64,000 nt of DNA, taken from NCBI GenBank assembly GCA_951406725.2, contig OX597817.1, positions 152,334,001 to 152,398,000 of the forward strand, written 5' to 3'. Source of the stretch: Octopus vulgaris (Eukaryota). The notes beneath the pieces are model-generated. The model ran no database searches. It saw only the letters and a list, made by a program, of their open reading frames with translations, and had not been told where the DNA came from. Numbering within the stretch: the first letter of the stretch is position 1; every line of letters begins with the position of its first letter. Below, in pieces: positions 37,712 through 50,954 of the stretch. The position numbers and the translations under genes were made by a program.

Positions 37712-38115
37712 AAGAAGAATGGAAAATTATACATCTTCAAAAATTATTCATCACAATATTTATTATTCTTGTTAAATTCCAATCTGACATATTTTAACTG
37801 AACAAGTGTCCTAGTGTCCTTTGATGTTGCATTTGTGTGCATTTAGTTGATTCATTTGCAGAATATATCCATCCAAGGTAGACATTCCTATGCAGCTTTA
37901 TTCAAGGTTTTACCCGTAAAGGTGAATTTGCTGCACCCATCTGTATAGGTAAAACTTTGAACAAAGCTGCTTAGGAATGTCTACTTTGGATGAATATATA
38001 CTGCACACAAATGCTACATCAAAAGGACACTAGGACATTTATCCAATAGAAACATGTGTCAGATTGGAATTTAACACGAATAATTTTTGAAGATGTATAA
38101 TTTTCCATTCTTCTT
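37712..38115. repeat. Long imperfect inverted repeat next to (TA)n
   Basis: Arms ~37712-37914 and ~37948-38115 (e.g. GAAGAATGGAAAATTATACATCTTCAAAAATTATTC and its reverse complement). Confidence 0.8.
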
Positions 38116-39121
38116 CATAATGTCTTGATTATATATTCTGTATGCCGTGTGAAATCTAGTGAAGCAAACTCAGGATTTATTTATTGAGTGAAGTACCATT
38201 TAATTGTTTATCTTAAACAGTTCTGTTGTGTTCCCTATCATTTGATGTGGTTATCCAGATCTGGGTCATATCTGAGTGCTGATTAAGGTACCTGGCCGGA
38301 TTCCAAATCCCTATTCCTTTATGTAATATATATATATATGGCTGTGCTCATGCACGCATGCACGCACATGCGTGCGCACACACACACACAATGAGGATAT
38401 TGAAGTTCTTTGATTATAGTTTTCTTCAGTCAGTTCAGACCTGTAACTAAACAACATTTTGCAATTCCTCTTTTTCTGAATTACATAATCTGTAAACTTT
38501 AAAAAAATATTTGGAAGCAAAACAGCCACATTTATTAGTTGTTATGGTGTGTTCGTATCTTTTAGTTCACAATGCTTTGTCGAAGAGATCTAATTTAGAT
38601 TTGTCACTACATCCACTAAAAATCCAACTCCTTTTCCTCTTCGACACATTTTTAATTTTTGGACAGTCGAAATTCTAAGAGTTCTCTCTTCCTTGCTTGT
38701 TATTTTTTTGTAAATTTTCATCACTATTATTGTTTTTTTTCTTCTCATTATGGTTATAATTTCAATTGAATGAAACTGATTATTGATTCAACACATTAAG
38801 TATGGTAACCTGTACTTCACTAAATGTCACATAAGTTAAGGGGAGATCTTTAAAATGTCATGTGTGAAAAAATAATTAACTTATTGAAATTTCCCTCTTA
38901 GATGGAGAGCCAGATGAAAATCTAACAATAATTTGTTTGTGACTCTAAGAAAAAGAGAAATAATTTCAAGAATTAATATGTATGCTTAGGGGAAATCTGA
39001 TCTTGTAGAGAAATGATTAACCATGGACATGTTTTGTTATTATTGGGTCTTCTCAGTACAGTATAGTCACCCCAAGCCTGCTTAAGGAAAAAGTGTTATG
39101 AAAAGTTTTGGTTAATCTTTT

Positions 39122-39480
39122 ATCTTTTACTAATTTCTATTATTGAACTGTGGCCATGCTGGGACATCGCCTTAGAGGGTTTTATTTGGACAACTCAAAC
39201 TCAGTACTTATTATTTTTTATGTTTGTTACTTATTCTCTCAGCCTCTTTTGTTGAATTGCTAGGTTACGGGGACATAAGTAAAACAACAGCGTAGGAGGG
39301 ACAAACAGAAAGACACACACTCAAACATAAATATGATGGGCTTCCACACAGTTTTTGTCTACCAGATTCATTCTCAAAGTGTTCGTTAGTTCAGGGCTAT
39401 AGTAGAAGACCTTTTTCCAAGGTACCACACAGTGGGACTGAACCCCAAACCATGTAGGTGCAAAGCGAGCAGTCTTAAAT
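39122..39480 (-). mobile_element. SINE family A (diverged)
   Basis: Similar to family A. Confidence 0.75.
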
Positions 39481-40397
39481 CACAACTTTGCTTAATAAAA
39501 AAAAAGAAAAAAAAAAGAATTAGTTAAGGGAAATAACTCACATAAATCAATGGCATACATTTACTTATGATGAAAGAATAGAAAGTCTAGCAGTAATTGT
39601 GAGCAACTCCCAAAGAGAAAGAGAAATAATTTCAAGGAATTAAGATTATTTTCTCTTGATTAATTCACATGGTTATAGTAGACTCTTGTAAATGTTATGT
39701 GTGTGTGTGTGTGTGTGAAAATGTAAAATCATTAAGATCTGAATAAAGCCATTGATTTGTTCCATTATATTTAGCATTGTTATTACTACTATTACCACAG
39801 TTGCATTGCCAGAGATTAGGTATATGGATTTGTGTGTGTCATATTACTGACAATAACATTAGTTAATTCCCTCCCACCCCATCATCTTTTACAGGGTAAA
39901 AGAGCAACAAAAATGCAAAATCTACATTTTTCATCAAAAACACATTGCAAGTTCAGATGTCCACCGAATCCCTAGCAGCAAACACACGTTATTCCTAACC
40001 TATTTGATACATGTATGTGTGTGAATGTTTACAAACCTATTCTGAGCTATGGCTATAGATAGTGATGACCACTTAAGGTTGAACTGCAAGTTGTGATGTC
40101 ACTGTATGTAGTGGGGCTGCAACTGGTGATGTCTGATAACATTTCTTGTCAACAAATTGTCTGTTAGCTCAGCTCTTTTGAATTCCTTTTGAATAATTAT
40201 ATCCCTTATTTGAAAAGTAAGAGTTGGCAGCAGGAAGTGCATTCAGCTATAAAAATTCTGCTTCAATTTCCTCTTGTCTAAACTGTACTAGTATGGGAGA
40301 AAAATCCCCCCAAAACAGATGTATAATAATATTTATCTTTATTTATCTTGCACTCTGTATCTATATATCTGTGTGTGTGTGTATGTATTTATTTACA

Positions 40398-40775
40398 AGG
40401 AGGCGCAATGGCCCAGTGGTTAGGGCAGCGGACTTGCGGTCATAGGATCGCAGTTTCGATTCCCAGACCGGGCGTTGTGAGTGTTTATTGAGCAAAAACA
40501 CCTAAGCTCCACGAGGCTCCGGCAGGGGATGGTGGTGATCCCTGCTGTACTTTTTCACCACAACTTTCTCTCACTCTTTCTTCCTGTTTCTGTTGTACCT
40601 GTATTTCAAAGGGCCGGCCTTGTCACTCTCTGTCACGCTGAATATCCCCGAGAACTACGTTAAGAGTACACGTGTCTGTGGAGTGCTCAGCCACTTACAC
40701 GTTAATTTCACGAGCAGGCTGTTCCGTTGATTCAGATCAACCGGAACCCTCGTCGTCGTAACCGACGGAGTGCTT
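40398..40775 (+). mobile_element. tRNA-headed SINE family C, young
   Basis: GGAGGCGCAATGGCCCAGTGG A-box, GTTTCGATTCCC B-box; CpG-rich. Confidence 0.85.
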
Positions 40776-41208
40776 CCATTTATTTACAAGGTCAGTCAGG
40801 GGAACTTGGCAGTTTTTAAGTGAATACTGGGTTGGCGAAAATTGTATTTTAGGAACTTTATTATCTAAACCTAAAGAATGAAGTGTGCCATTTACAAACA
40901 TATTCAAATAATATATATGTAACTGTTCATTTGAATATGTTATGGCCAAAAGCTTTTTGTAGCTTCACACATTCTTATTGTTTAGTTTGGAAATTTTGCT
41001 AAGCACATCACACCAGATCCTGAACAGTTGCAGTCATTTACTAACAAATAGCAGATATAAGTCCATCCAGTTTATGCAGTTTATTACAAACTCTTACATT
41101 TACTCATCATCTCTCTCTCTCTCCCTCTCTCTCCCTCATATTTCCTCTGTCTACTGTTTCATCATTACTATTCTGCCATCTCGATCATCATTGGCCACCC
41201 ACCATTTA

Positions 41209-41349
41209 TTAGGTTGTCCCAAAAGTTCGTAAACACTTGCGAAAATTGGATTTTTACTCGCCAAGTACTAACAAAAACAACAAAAATTATTCCTCAAAAT
41301 AAAGACCATTATTTTCCAAGACTTTCTACAAACTTTTGGGACAACCTTA
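41209..41349. mobile_element. Tc1/Mariner MITE
   Basis: TA|TTAGGTTGTCCCAAAAGTT...AACTTTTGGGACAACCTTA|TA. Confidence 0.8.
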
Positions 41350-42550
41350 TACTACATCCACCCCTGAACCCTACCAAATCTCTACAGTTGTCACTTATTG
41401 TTCCCTACTTCCCCTACTTATCATCTACTCATCACTTGTTTTTCATTCATTATATTCTCTGCCTCATCCTGTTTGCCAATTCTCAGTCTCCCATACACTC
41501 TTGCAACCTCACACTTCCAGTTTTTTGCCCCTCCTCTCTGTTCACTTTTACTTACCTTGTATGTTGAGGGCTCACTCAGCTACCTCATCACTGCTATCTT
41601 TATCTCTTCCTTGTTCCATCCCTTCCCCCATCCACTTTTATAAATGTGAGTTGCTATGGTTACTTTCTCAAGTCATACTGACTGATAAGGCCCAGTTTTC
41701 CAGTTTCATGGCATACATATTCCTTATCTAGACAGAATGCCAGTCTGTTGCAGGATTACTCATTTTTGCCAGCTGAGTGGACTGGAGCAATGTGAAATGA
41801 AGTTTTTTGCTCAAGAACAAAACACGTCTCCTGATTTAGGAATAGAAACCACAATCTTATGATCATGAGTCCAACACCCTAACCACTAAGCCATGCAGCT
41901 CTACAAGTTGCTATGTGGCCTCTTTACAGCAGGAAATCTGTTTTGCTCTGGCCCCTTTCTTAAATGTTAACTCCTCATTTTCTAGCATAAAGCCACCTCT
42001 ATTAGTGTGAGTAGTCTTGCAAGCTGCATGGCAATTCAATAATGCTGGTGGCACCTAGTACACACTATAAATTGGTTGGCATCAGGAATGGCTTCCAGCC
42101 ATAGAAACCATGCCAAAGTGGACAGTGAAGCTTGATGCAGTCCTCGAACCTATTGGATCCTGTCAAACTGTCCAACCTATGCTAGCATAGAACAAGGATG
42201 TTAAATGATGATGATGGTGATGTTGTAGATCCAAAGGCAATGATCACAAACCAAAAGGTTAAGGTAGTTGGTAAGCATCTTTAATTTCTGTTCTAACATC
42301 AGCGAAGGTTGTGGCTGTATAAACATTTGGTCTATTTTGTTGAAACTGTTTATGTTGTGTATGAATACCATGTCTGTTCACTTTTGAGGAAAGGAAGTTA
42401 CAGTCAAAATTCACTGTTATTGCATGTTTACATTCTTCAAAAAAAATATTGGCATATCACATAAATGTTTATACTGTGCAACATTGTTACACGCTTACAG
42501 TGAAGGGGTCACTCATGAAGTTGTAGGTTACTGACCAACCAATGGTATGG

Positions 42551-42855
42551 TGGAGGCACATGGCCTAGTAGTTAGAGCAGCAGACTCATGGTCGAGGGAT
42601 CGTGGGTTCAAATCTCAGACTGGGTGATGTGTGTGTTTATGAGCGAAACACCTAAGCTCCATGCGGCTCCAGCAGAAAGTAATGGCAAACTTCTGCTGAC
42701 TCTTTCGCCACAATTTTCTCTCACTCTTTCCTCCTGCATCTTGCAGCTCACCTGCGATGGACCGATGTCTCATCCAGATGGGGAACCTATATGTCAAAGA
42801 AGCTGGGAAACTGGCCCTTATGAGCTAGGCATGGCTCGAGAAGGAACAAGCAACA
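42551..42855 (+). mobile_element. SINE related to family C (others at ~27830-27962 -, 31424-31920 +, 41690-41900 -)
   Basis: Shared GGAGGCACATGGCCTAGTAGTTAG head and CACCTAAGCTCC body. Confidence 0.75.
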
Positions 42856-43031
42856 ACCGGTGGTAGAAGTTTTGCTTATTTATGTCACTAGATGAAAATG
42901 TACTTTGGAACTCACATAAAGAACTGTACCATAGCTTCTTTGCAAGCATATTTTCAACAATTTTTTTCTGGCTTTCTCATTCATATAGATTTATTCCCTG
43001 TATTATCAATCTTATAAGGGTGAAAATTTAA

Positions 43032-43243
43032 CCCATTTGTTTGACTATTTCTGTTGCCATACATTGAATGTGTTTCGATAATTTTGAAAATATTGGGGAA
43101 TTTGCTAAAATAACATTTTATCAATCTGATGTTTGGAACACAAATTAGCATGTTTGATGGAAGGTTTTAATTGACATCACTTTAAAAGAGGAAGTTTGTA
43201 TCTTAGAATCAGAGTGGCCTCAGGTGGGTTGGTACCAAAAGGG
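43032..43243 (-). mobile_element. Older piggyBac-type MITE related to family 1
   Basis: TTAA|CCC...GGG|TTAA with diverged internal similarity. Confidence 0.7.
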
Positions 43244-43421
43244 TTAAACCAAAGTGCAATGTTCTTTGCGTACTATAATCTGAAGTGTTGAGTGCAGTGT
43301 CATGCTTCAATACAAAATGAGATGGACTGTTTTTTAGAGCTCAGCTAATATTCTTAGTATTCTCAGACATACAAACATAAATATGATGTATAATCTATGA
43401 AATATATATATATTTTGAAGA

Positions 43422-43768
43422 TGTAGGCATGGCTGTGTGGTAAGAAGTTTGCTTTCCAGCCACATGGTTCTGGGTTCAGTCCCATTCCACAACAACTTGG
43501 GCAAGTGCCTTCTACTATAACCTTGGGCCGACCCAAGGTTATAGTATATATATATATTTATATATGTGTCTTTGTGTATGTGTTTGTCCCCAACCCCGCC
43601 AACTCTTGACATCCCCATAATAGTACTTCTGCAAAAGTATCTGATAGAATAAGTACCAGGCTTACAAAGAATAAGTCCTGGGGTTGATTTCTTCAACTAA
43701 AACACTTCAAGGTGGTGCTCTAGCATGGCCACAGTTAGATGACTGAAACAAGTAAAAGAATAAAAGAA
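43422..43768 (+). mobile_element. SINE family A
   Basis: Similar to family A. Confidence 0.8.
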
Positions 43769-43804
43769 TACACACACATACATACATACATACATACATA
43801 CATA

Positions 43805-43961
43805 CGAGGGGGTGCTAAAAAGTTCCAGGTTTTAAGGGTTTTGTATAAGGCCTGGTTAGAGGCTCAAACTTCTGAGTTCTTTTACAGGGTATAGAAAAAC
43901 TGAAGGACTTCCTCTATTTTCTTGTACTCAAAGCCAGGAACTTTTCAGCACCCCCCCCCCG
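43805..43961. mobile_element. Tc1/Mariner MITE inserted in (TACA)n
   Basis: TA|CGAGGGGGTGCTAAAAAGTTCC...GGAACTTTTCAGCACCCCC..CG|TA. Confidence 0.75.
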
Positions 43962-44674
43962 TACATACATATATATAACGAAAGAAGAAGTTGGAGAATT
44001 TTTTCCTATTAATTATTCATCATTACATGTTTCATTGCTTATAGAAATTACAAAGTTTGACATGTTACATTGACATGTAAGAAAATTCCCATTAGAAATT
44101 CTTCAGACAGAAACAAATAGTATTACTTGTTCTTTCTGCCTGAAGAATTCCTAATAGGAAATTTCTCACATGTTTATCTAACATGTGAAACTTTGTAATT
44201 TCTGTTAGCAAATGAGATATGTAAAATGATGAATAAATAATACCTAAAAACTTTCCAATTTCCTGTTTTGTTATAAAATAACTCTGCAAAACAATGTTAC
44301 CAGAATTTTCAACTCTCATATGTACCTTATATCAATGCAACAACGACAGCAACTAAGTACTGGGATGTAATATTGTATTAAGCAGATGTTCTTCAAGAAG
44401 ACACCATTTGGATTTTATCCTGCTTGCATACATACATATATGTGTATGCATGTGTGTGTGTATATATATATCTCATATTTATGTTTGTATGTACCTATGT
44501 ACTAATGTTGTCCGTCCGTCCGTCCGTCCGTCCGTCCATCCATCCATCCATCCATCCATCCATCCATCTATCCATCCATCCATCTATCTATCTATCTATC
44601 TATCTATGTAATAATGACTCAAAGTCCAAGAGTTTCATGTGTTGGCACTTACCTATATATATATATATATATAT

Positions 44675-47600
44675 TAGGTGGGGTCGAAATTTTATATTCT
44701 GATTCCACACATTGCTTGGTGTTCATTTTGGTGTGAGAAATAAATTAATAAATTTTAAAAAGTATACATAGCCACCCCTCTAATTCTGCATTTTGAATAC
44801 TGAAAATGTAAGGAACTGTAAACTTAAATAATAATAATAATAATAATAATAAACATTGTGTACAGTGCTCAGGTGCACTACAACTCATCGAAAGTGTATA
44901 TATAATCAGGTGTAGTTTCGACGGATTTCGGAAAGCATGAGGGCCTTAAAGGATGCAGTGTCATGGCAGTCAACAACTGACGCAGGCAGTTTATTCCATG
45001 CTTCAGCAACTCTGAGTGTGAAGAAATGTTTCCGAAAGTCATGGGAGCTGTATTGTTTTCTGACTTTGTAGGCATGTCCACGTGTGTTAGACACATGGAG
45101 ATCAAAAAGGTGTTCAGTGTTGTTATTGGTGAGGTGGTTGACAACTTTGTGGGCGTTTACCAAGTCCGTCGCCAGACTCCGGAGCTTCAGTGAATCCATG
45201 CCCAGGGAAACAAGGCGCTCAGAATATGGTAGGTGTCTGATGGAGGGTATGCGTTTGGTTGCACGTCTCTGAACAGATTCCAGGAGGTCAATGTTCTGAG
45301 CAAGATAGGGGTTCCAAACTGATGATGCGAATTCCAAGTGTGGTCGTACCATAGCTGTATACAGTTTTAAATAGATGGCTGGAGAGCGGCTAACAAAAGT
45401 CTTGCTAAGTGATGCCAAGACACCCTCGGCCTTCTTGACAATTTTAGAGATATGCTTTGTCCAACGCAAATCACTGCTGACAGTGATGCCTAGGTCACGC
45501 TCGCAAGAGGATTTCTTGATATCAGTGTTGTGGAGGGAGTATGTGGACGCAGGGTTTTTTCTCCCAAAATGCATGGTGGTACACTTGTCCACAGCCAGTT
45601 TCAGTTGCCAGTCTGTGATCCATTGCTGCATTGTGTCCAGGTCTGATTGCAGGAAAGAGCTGTAGACAACAGGATCTGTCCTCTTGATTTCAAGGTACAG
45701 CTTGATGTCGTCTGCATATTTTAATACTGTGGCATTCTTTAAATTTGCATCTATGTCATTAATGTATGCCACAAACAAGAGGGGACCAAGGACAGATCCC
45801 TGTGGTACACCCGATGACATCTCATATGGTGCAGAATGCTGTCCTAGAACTGTGACTACCTCCTTTCGGTTGAGAATGAAGGATTTCAACCAGTTAAAAA
45901 GGTCATCCCTCACACCCATTGCAGAGAGTTTCACCATAAGCCTTTTGTGTGGCACAGAGTTGAAAGCCTTAGCAAAGTCAAGGTAGACAACATCCACCCA
46001 TGAGCCACTGTCAGTGATCTGAGTAATGTCCTCAAGGAACTCGACAAGCTGATCACTGCAGCTGGAGTTAGGGACAAATCCATATTGTGAGGGTCGGATG
46101 AGACTGTGTGAGCTCCAGAAGTTCCAAAGTGTTTCTCTGACACACGATTCCATCAGTTTTGCAATACAGCTAGTGAGACTGATGGGCGATAGTTGACAGG
46201 TGATGTGCGGTCGCCCTTCTTGAACAGAGGAATGACACTGGCAGTTTTCCACTGTTCCGGAGTAGCACCATTGTTGAGACAGTACTGGAAGAAAGTAGAG
46301 AGCTGGTGTAAAAGGAAGTACCTGCCACGTTTGAGAAGCAGGTATGTAACTCCATCAAGACCAGGGGAGGCATAGTTGCGCTTATTTTGAAGGTGACGTC
46401 GCAGCATTGCAGGTGTAAATTCCATAGTTGTTATGGAATTTGCTGTTAGAGATGGTGAAGATGGTACATTTTGACTTTCAACAGTGAATATGTTTGCATA
46501 GCACTCGGCAATGAGTTCTGCGCATTCCTTGGGGTCGTCAGTGATCTGGTTTGTGTGAGGGTTGCGAAGAGGGCCCACTGGAGAGTGAGGTCTCTGCTTC
46601 GAATGCACATATTTCCAGAAAACCTTGCTGTCAGGATTGGCTGCTATGCACTGTTCAAATTCAAGCACTGCTTTTTTTGTCACTTGCTTGAGATGGTTGG
46701 AAGATTTATTCCGCTTCTTCCTGTTGGTGTCTGATTTATGCAACTTGTATTCCCGTTCAGCAGTTCGACGTTCCTTCCTGGCAAGTCGGACTGCTGAAGT
46801 TTCCCAAATTGCACTTTTGGGGCAGTTCTTCTTTTTCTGTTTACATGGCACTGATGCTGCACATGCTGCCCATATTGAGTCCAGGATACTCTGGAGTATA
46901 GTATTCACATCTCCAGAGTTGTAGAATTCATGCCAGTTTGGGTGCTGTAGTTCAGTGTGGTACAGGTTCCAATCTGCTCTCTTCCAATCGAAGGAAGCAG
47001 TTTGGAGATGGTTCAGGTTTTTGTTGTCCGCAAGAGCCAGATTGGCGATGATCATAGCATGATCAGAGTCACCTAGAGGTTCCTCCGTAGTGCAATTGAT
47101 AACCGCTTCAGGAGTTGTGGTGAAGAGCAGGTCCAAGGTGTTGTCGCCTCTTGTTGGAGAGGTGACTACTTGTGACCAGTTTGAGTCCAGTACAAGCTCA
47201 ACAAAATCGTTTGCACTCTGTGGCCAATGGAAGGTTTCCCAATTGATCTCAGGATGATTGAAATCGCCTGCAATGAAAACATAAGTGGCTGTTTTCCTGG
47301 CAGCAGCTCGGAGGATATCGCAAAGCTGTGTGTCCCGATGGTAATTTGGTAAAACTTGTTTTAATGCTATTAACTTTGTATTGGTTAAATATTACCTATA
47401 TAACATTTAATAAATTATATGCACCCCTCCACCCCCCGCTGAAGAAAACAGTTATTGGACTCTATTTATTTATATAGTTTGTATTAATTTTTTTTTTATA
47501 AGAAAAGCACTCGTAAAAAAAAATGTAAATTCTTAATGACTAGTATAATATGCAATAAAAATATTATGCACGAACTTCAAATGAAATACATGAGCAGTGA

Positions 47601-48455
47601 GCACCATAAAATAAGCATTAAAAGTATTTACTATTTAATTAAATGACCATTGTCTTTTCCAGTAAATATGAGGTAAACTTTGTGCTGACTTCCGTACATT
47701 TAATATGAATTTTTGCCTATTTTTGTAGCATATTCTGACTTCAGAAGCTTTTGTCACTAAATTGATAGCACGCTCGACTCCTTGGTTATGACAGTCAGAT
47801 CTTTTTATTTGTTTGCCATAACATGTGCAGGTGCAATTGTCAAACATTTCATTGAACTCCTTTAATTTCTTATCAAAACTATCTCCTCTTTGCTTGATAG
47901 GTTTTTTTTGTTTAATTTATAAGCAGATTCAATCAATCTCTCAATTTTTAGAGCTCTTCCTTCAAACCTAATTCAAGGAAAGGAAAATTTGTTCCATATT
48001 GTTTGCACATATATAGCAACAATCTGGTTGCATTCTTTCACTGTGTGTGAAGTTCTTGATTTCTGTTCTTCATGTTTTCTTATGTATAAATAATGTTGGA
48101 ATACATCAGCCTTTGATGGGATCATTACTGTAGGAAATTCTGCAGGAAATCCAAATGCTGAATCACGGCTTTTACTTCTAGTTGCCATTATATAATTCTA
48201 TATATTTAAATTATTACAGTTTAAACTTATGTAGGTATTTTTGTAAAATTATAATACAATTTAGCTCTAAAATAATCTGAAAAACAAAGAAAATCATTTA
48301 ACATTTTCTAAAAAAAATTCATTTAACACATTAAAAAGTTGTAATTTTACCATGTTGGAGGGATATAACCCTAATTTTCATATATTTTGTTCAAAATACT
48401 ATTTGAAACTCTGTGCATACTGTGGAATTAAGGTTCCTTAAAAATGGTGAAAAAT

Positions 48456-48492
<37 letters not shown>

Positions 48493-48499
48493 CCACCTA
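44675..48499 (-). mobile_element. Internally deleted DNA transposon (hAT-like) interrupted by the CR1-group LINE
   Basis: Transposase N-terminal (MATRSK..FGFP...IWNKFSFP, 47973-48188) and C-terminal (CHNQGVERAINLVTKAS, ~47635-47850) pieces; TAGGTGG...CCACCTA putative termini. Confidence 0.5.
44826..47351 (-). mobile_element. 5'-truncated CR1-group LINE with near-intact ORF2 (APE C-terminus + RT)
   Basis: Open from ~47349 (AGDFN, PTRGDNTLDLLFT, SDH) to NYRP near 46185, one frameshift, then RT (YLDFAKAF, SGVPQGSVLGPLLF, YADD) to a stop at 44906. (TTA)n tail; possible AAACTT TSD (44820-44825 and 47352-47357). Confidence 0.92.
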
Positions 48500-48679
48500 T
48501 ATTTCATCCAGTTACCTATTTATACATTTATCCATCCATCAGTCTCACTTTGTGAATTATTTGGAACATTAGTTCTGCCTCAAAAATACATCACAAGCCA
48601 TGTTATAACATGAAGCAATTGATATCAACTTAGAGGAGAGAGGATAATGACATTGAGTTAGCTGTTGAAGATGATTTAA

Positions 48680-48865
48680 CCCTTTTACCTGTTTTTCTGT
48701 TCAAATCAGTTTGATCCAGCCTCTGATGCTTATCTTACAATGTTGTTCTAAAGAAATGCAATCACATTATCAAAATCTCTAAGTTATGGGGGAATGCATG
48801 ATTAATTAAAAGCAGTGTGATTAAATAAGCATTACATTTGATGAAGTAATCTGAATACTAAAGGG
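48680..48865 (+). mobile_element. piggyBac-type MITE, family 2
   Basis: TTAA|CCC...CTAAAGGG|TTAA. Confidence 0.7.
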
Positions 48866-49544
48866 TTAAGCATTCTGGCTTATGATTTTTATAAATATAA
48901 TGTATCAATTGTTTCAATGGTGCATAGTATTTGTTTTAGTTCGCAATCATTAATCTAAGCCTGTAGGGTTTTCTGTTAGTTATGACATTTTAACCACATT
49001 GTAAAAAACTTACTAATCCAGATTACACCCTTCCTTTGATAAAGCTGGATTACTAGGTTTCATCCAGTGTGTGCATGTATTTATGTTTGTGTTTCTGTAT
49101 GTATGAGTGTGGACATTATGTAAAGTGTATGAATGTGTATATATGTTTGTATGTGTATATATATAAATATATGTGTGTGTGTGAGTTTGTGTGTGTGAGT
49201 TTGTGTGTGTGTGTGTGCGTGCAGGTGTGAGTGTGCATCTATAGTGAGGGTGTGGCAGTGTGGTAAGAAGTTTGCTTCTTGACCATATCGTTCCAGTTTC
49301 AGTCCTATTGCATGGTATCTCGGTCTATAGTCTTCTACTACAGCCTTGGGGTAGTGAGTGGATTTGGTAGGCATAGATGGAAACTGAAATATATATGTCT
49401 ATCCATCCGTAGTACATATCCATCCGTAGTACATATCCATCCGTAGTACATACATGCATGCATGCATGTATGCGTACGTACGTATGTACGTACGTACGTA
49501 CATACATACATACAGACACACACACATACATACATACATGCATT

Positions 49545-49748
49545 ATGGCTGCTCCCTCGTTATCGAGTATGGCCATTGCACGAAGCTTAACTGTTACTGG
49601 TGCTGTGATCGAATGTGACTTTTTGGCCCAGCCAAAGATCTACAATGTCTTGTACAGAATTGGCAACTAAAACCTTTACCGGTAATAGCCGGCTGTAGTT
49701 GTAACTGGGCTTCATGTACTTTTGCATGTCGTTTAAGTCCTGCTGAAT
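49545..49748 (-). mobile_element. RTE (BovB-like) 3' end with C2H2 zinc-finger remnant
   Basis: FSCQFCTRHCRSLAGPKSHIRSQH then a (ATGT)n tail. Confidence 0.65.
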
Positions 49749-49769
49749 TACATATATACATACATACAT

Positions 49770-50290
49770 AGGGTTGGCAAGGAAGTAATTTCGTTTTTTG
49801 CAAATAGTTGTGACTTTTTGGAATGACTTTTGTCAATGTTATGATTTTTTCCTTTTCACATTTGATAGCCATTACTTTTAGCTTAATTTAGAAGCAAATT
49901 GTGTGTAATTTTGTTTACAGCTGTTAGTTCAGTGTCAATTTTAACATGGAGTGCTAAAACGAACATTTTCGCCGTATTTTGCTTTTTTATTTCCCTAGAG
50001 GCAAGAAAGCTGCTGAGGCTCACAAAGAGATATGCGAAGTTTATGGTGTTGATTGCTTAACAGAATGCATATGTCAGAAATGATTTTTAAAATTCCATTC
50101 TGGAGATTTTTCACTCAAAGATGACCAACTTTCTAGTTGACCTACTGAAGTTGATGATGACTGAATCAAAGCCATAATTGAACCTGATTATCATATAACT
50201 GTGCGAAAAATTATAGAGAAGTTGAATGTATCACACACAACAACTGAAAATCAAAATGTTTTGGACTCATTAAGAATGTTTGCATAAAAA
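49770..50290 (+). mobile_element. Mariner 5' remnant (partly duplicated at ~54934-55390)
   Basis: Decayed HTH region EHFRRILLFYFPRGKKAAEAHKEICEVYG...FHSGDFSLKDD. Confidence 0.8.
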
Positions 50291-50504
50291 AAAAAAAGAA
50301 CTGTGTTCTATAATTGTGCCAAATTTAATGAGGTTGTCTTTACAAGATTGATAATTCCCTCTGCCCTTTGTTGGTTAGTTCTGTTTCAAGACTTTGTTTT
50401 CTTTTTAATAACTTAACCACAGAAGGAGTGATAGTGTTCATGAATCTCTTAAGGCAGGTTTTCTGTAAGGTAGACTGCATATTTGTTGAACACTAAGGAT
50501 AGGC

Positions 50505-50548
<44 letters not shown>

Positions 50549-50923
50549 AAAGAGACCAGCTTATTTGAATAGAAATTGTATAGAGATAGAAAAAGTTCAT
50601 TTATCAATGAAGAATGAGTGAGCTAGAAAAAAAGAGATCCTATATAGGTTAAGTTAAGTTTAAATTGAGGTTGCTAGGTTACAATCAAAGCAGAATTTAA
50701 TAAACTAAGGAGTGATCACTGGAGGTGACAACTGGTATATGCAAGCCTTTTAGGGAGTTAAGTATTTGATAGAAATCTCTTTACTTCTTACTATACACAG
50801 AAATAGATCTGGTTTGAATCTTTATAATGTAGTACTAATATATAGTTGGGTGTGGGTAAACATGAGATAGTATTGGTTTATAAGTTGCATTCAAAGTATA
50901 TGTAGATTTATTTTTATGTTGAT

Positions 50924-50954
<31 letters not shown>

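Noticed and set aside
37703-37730. CTGAAGA...GAAA hammerhead-like words
   Set aside because: No stem II or stem I pairing can be formed.
39885-39980. TTTTACAG acceptor followed by a short open frame in TTC7 intron 1
   Set aside because: Splicing to phase-1 exon 1 gives an immediate stop; no TTC7 similarity.
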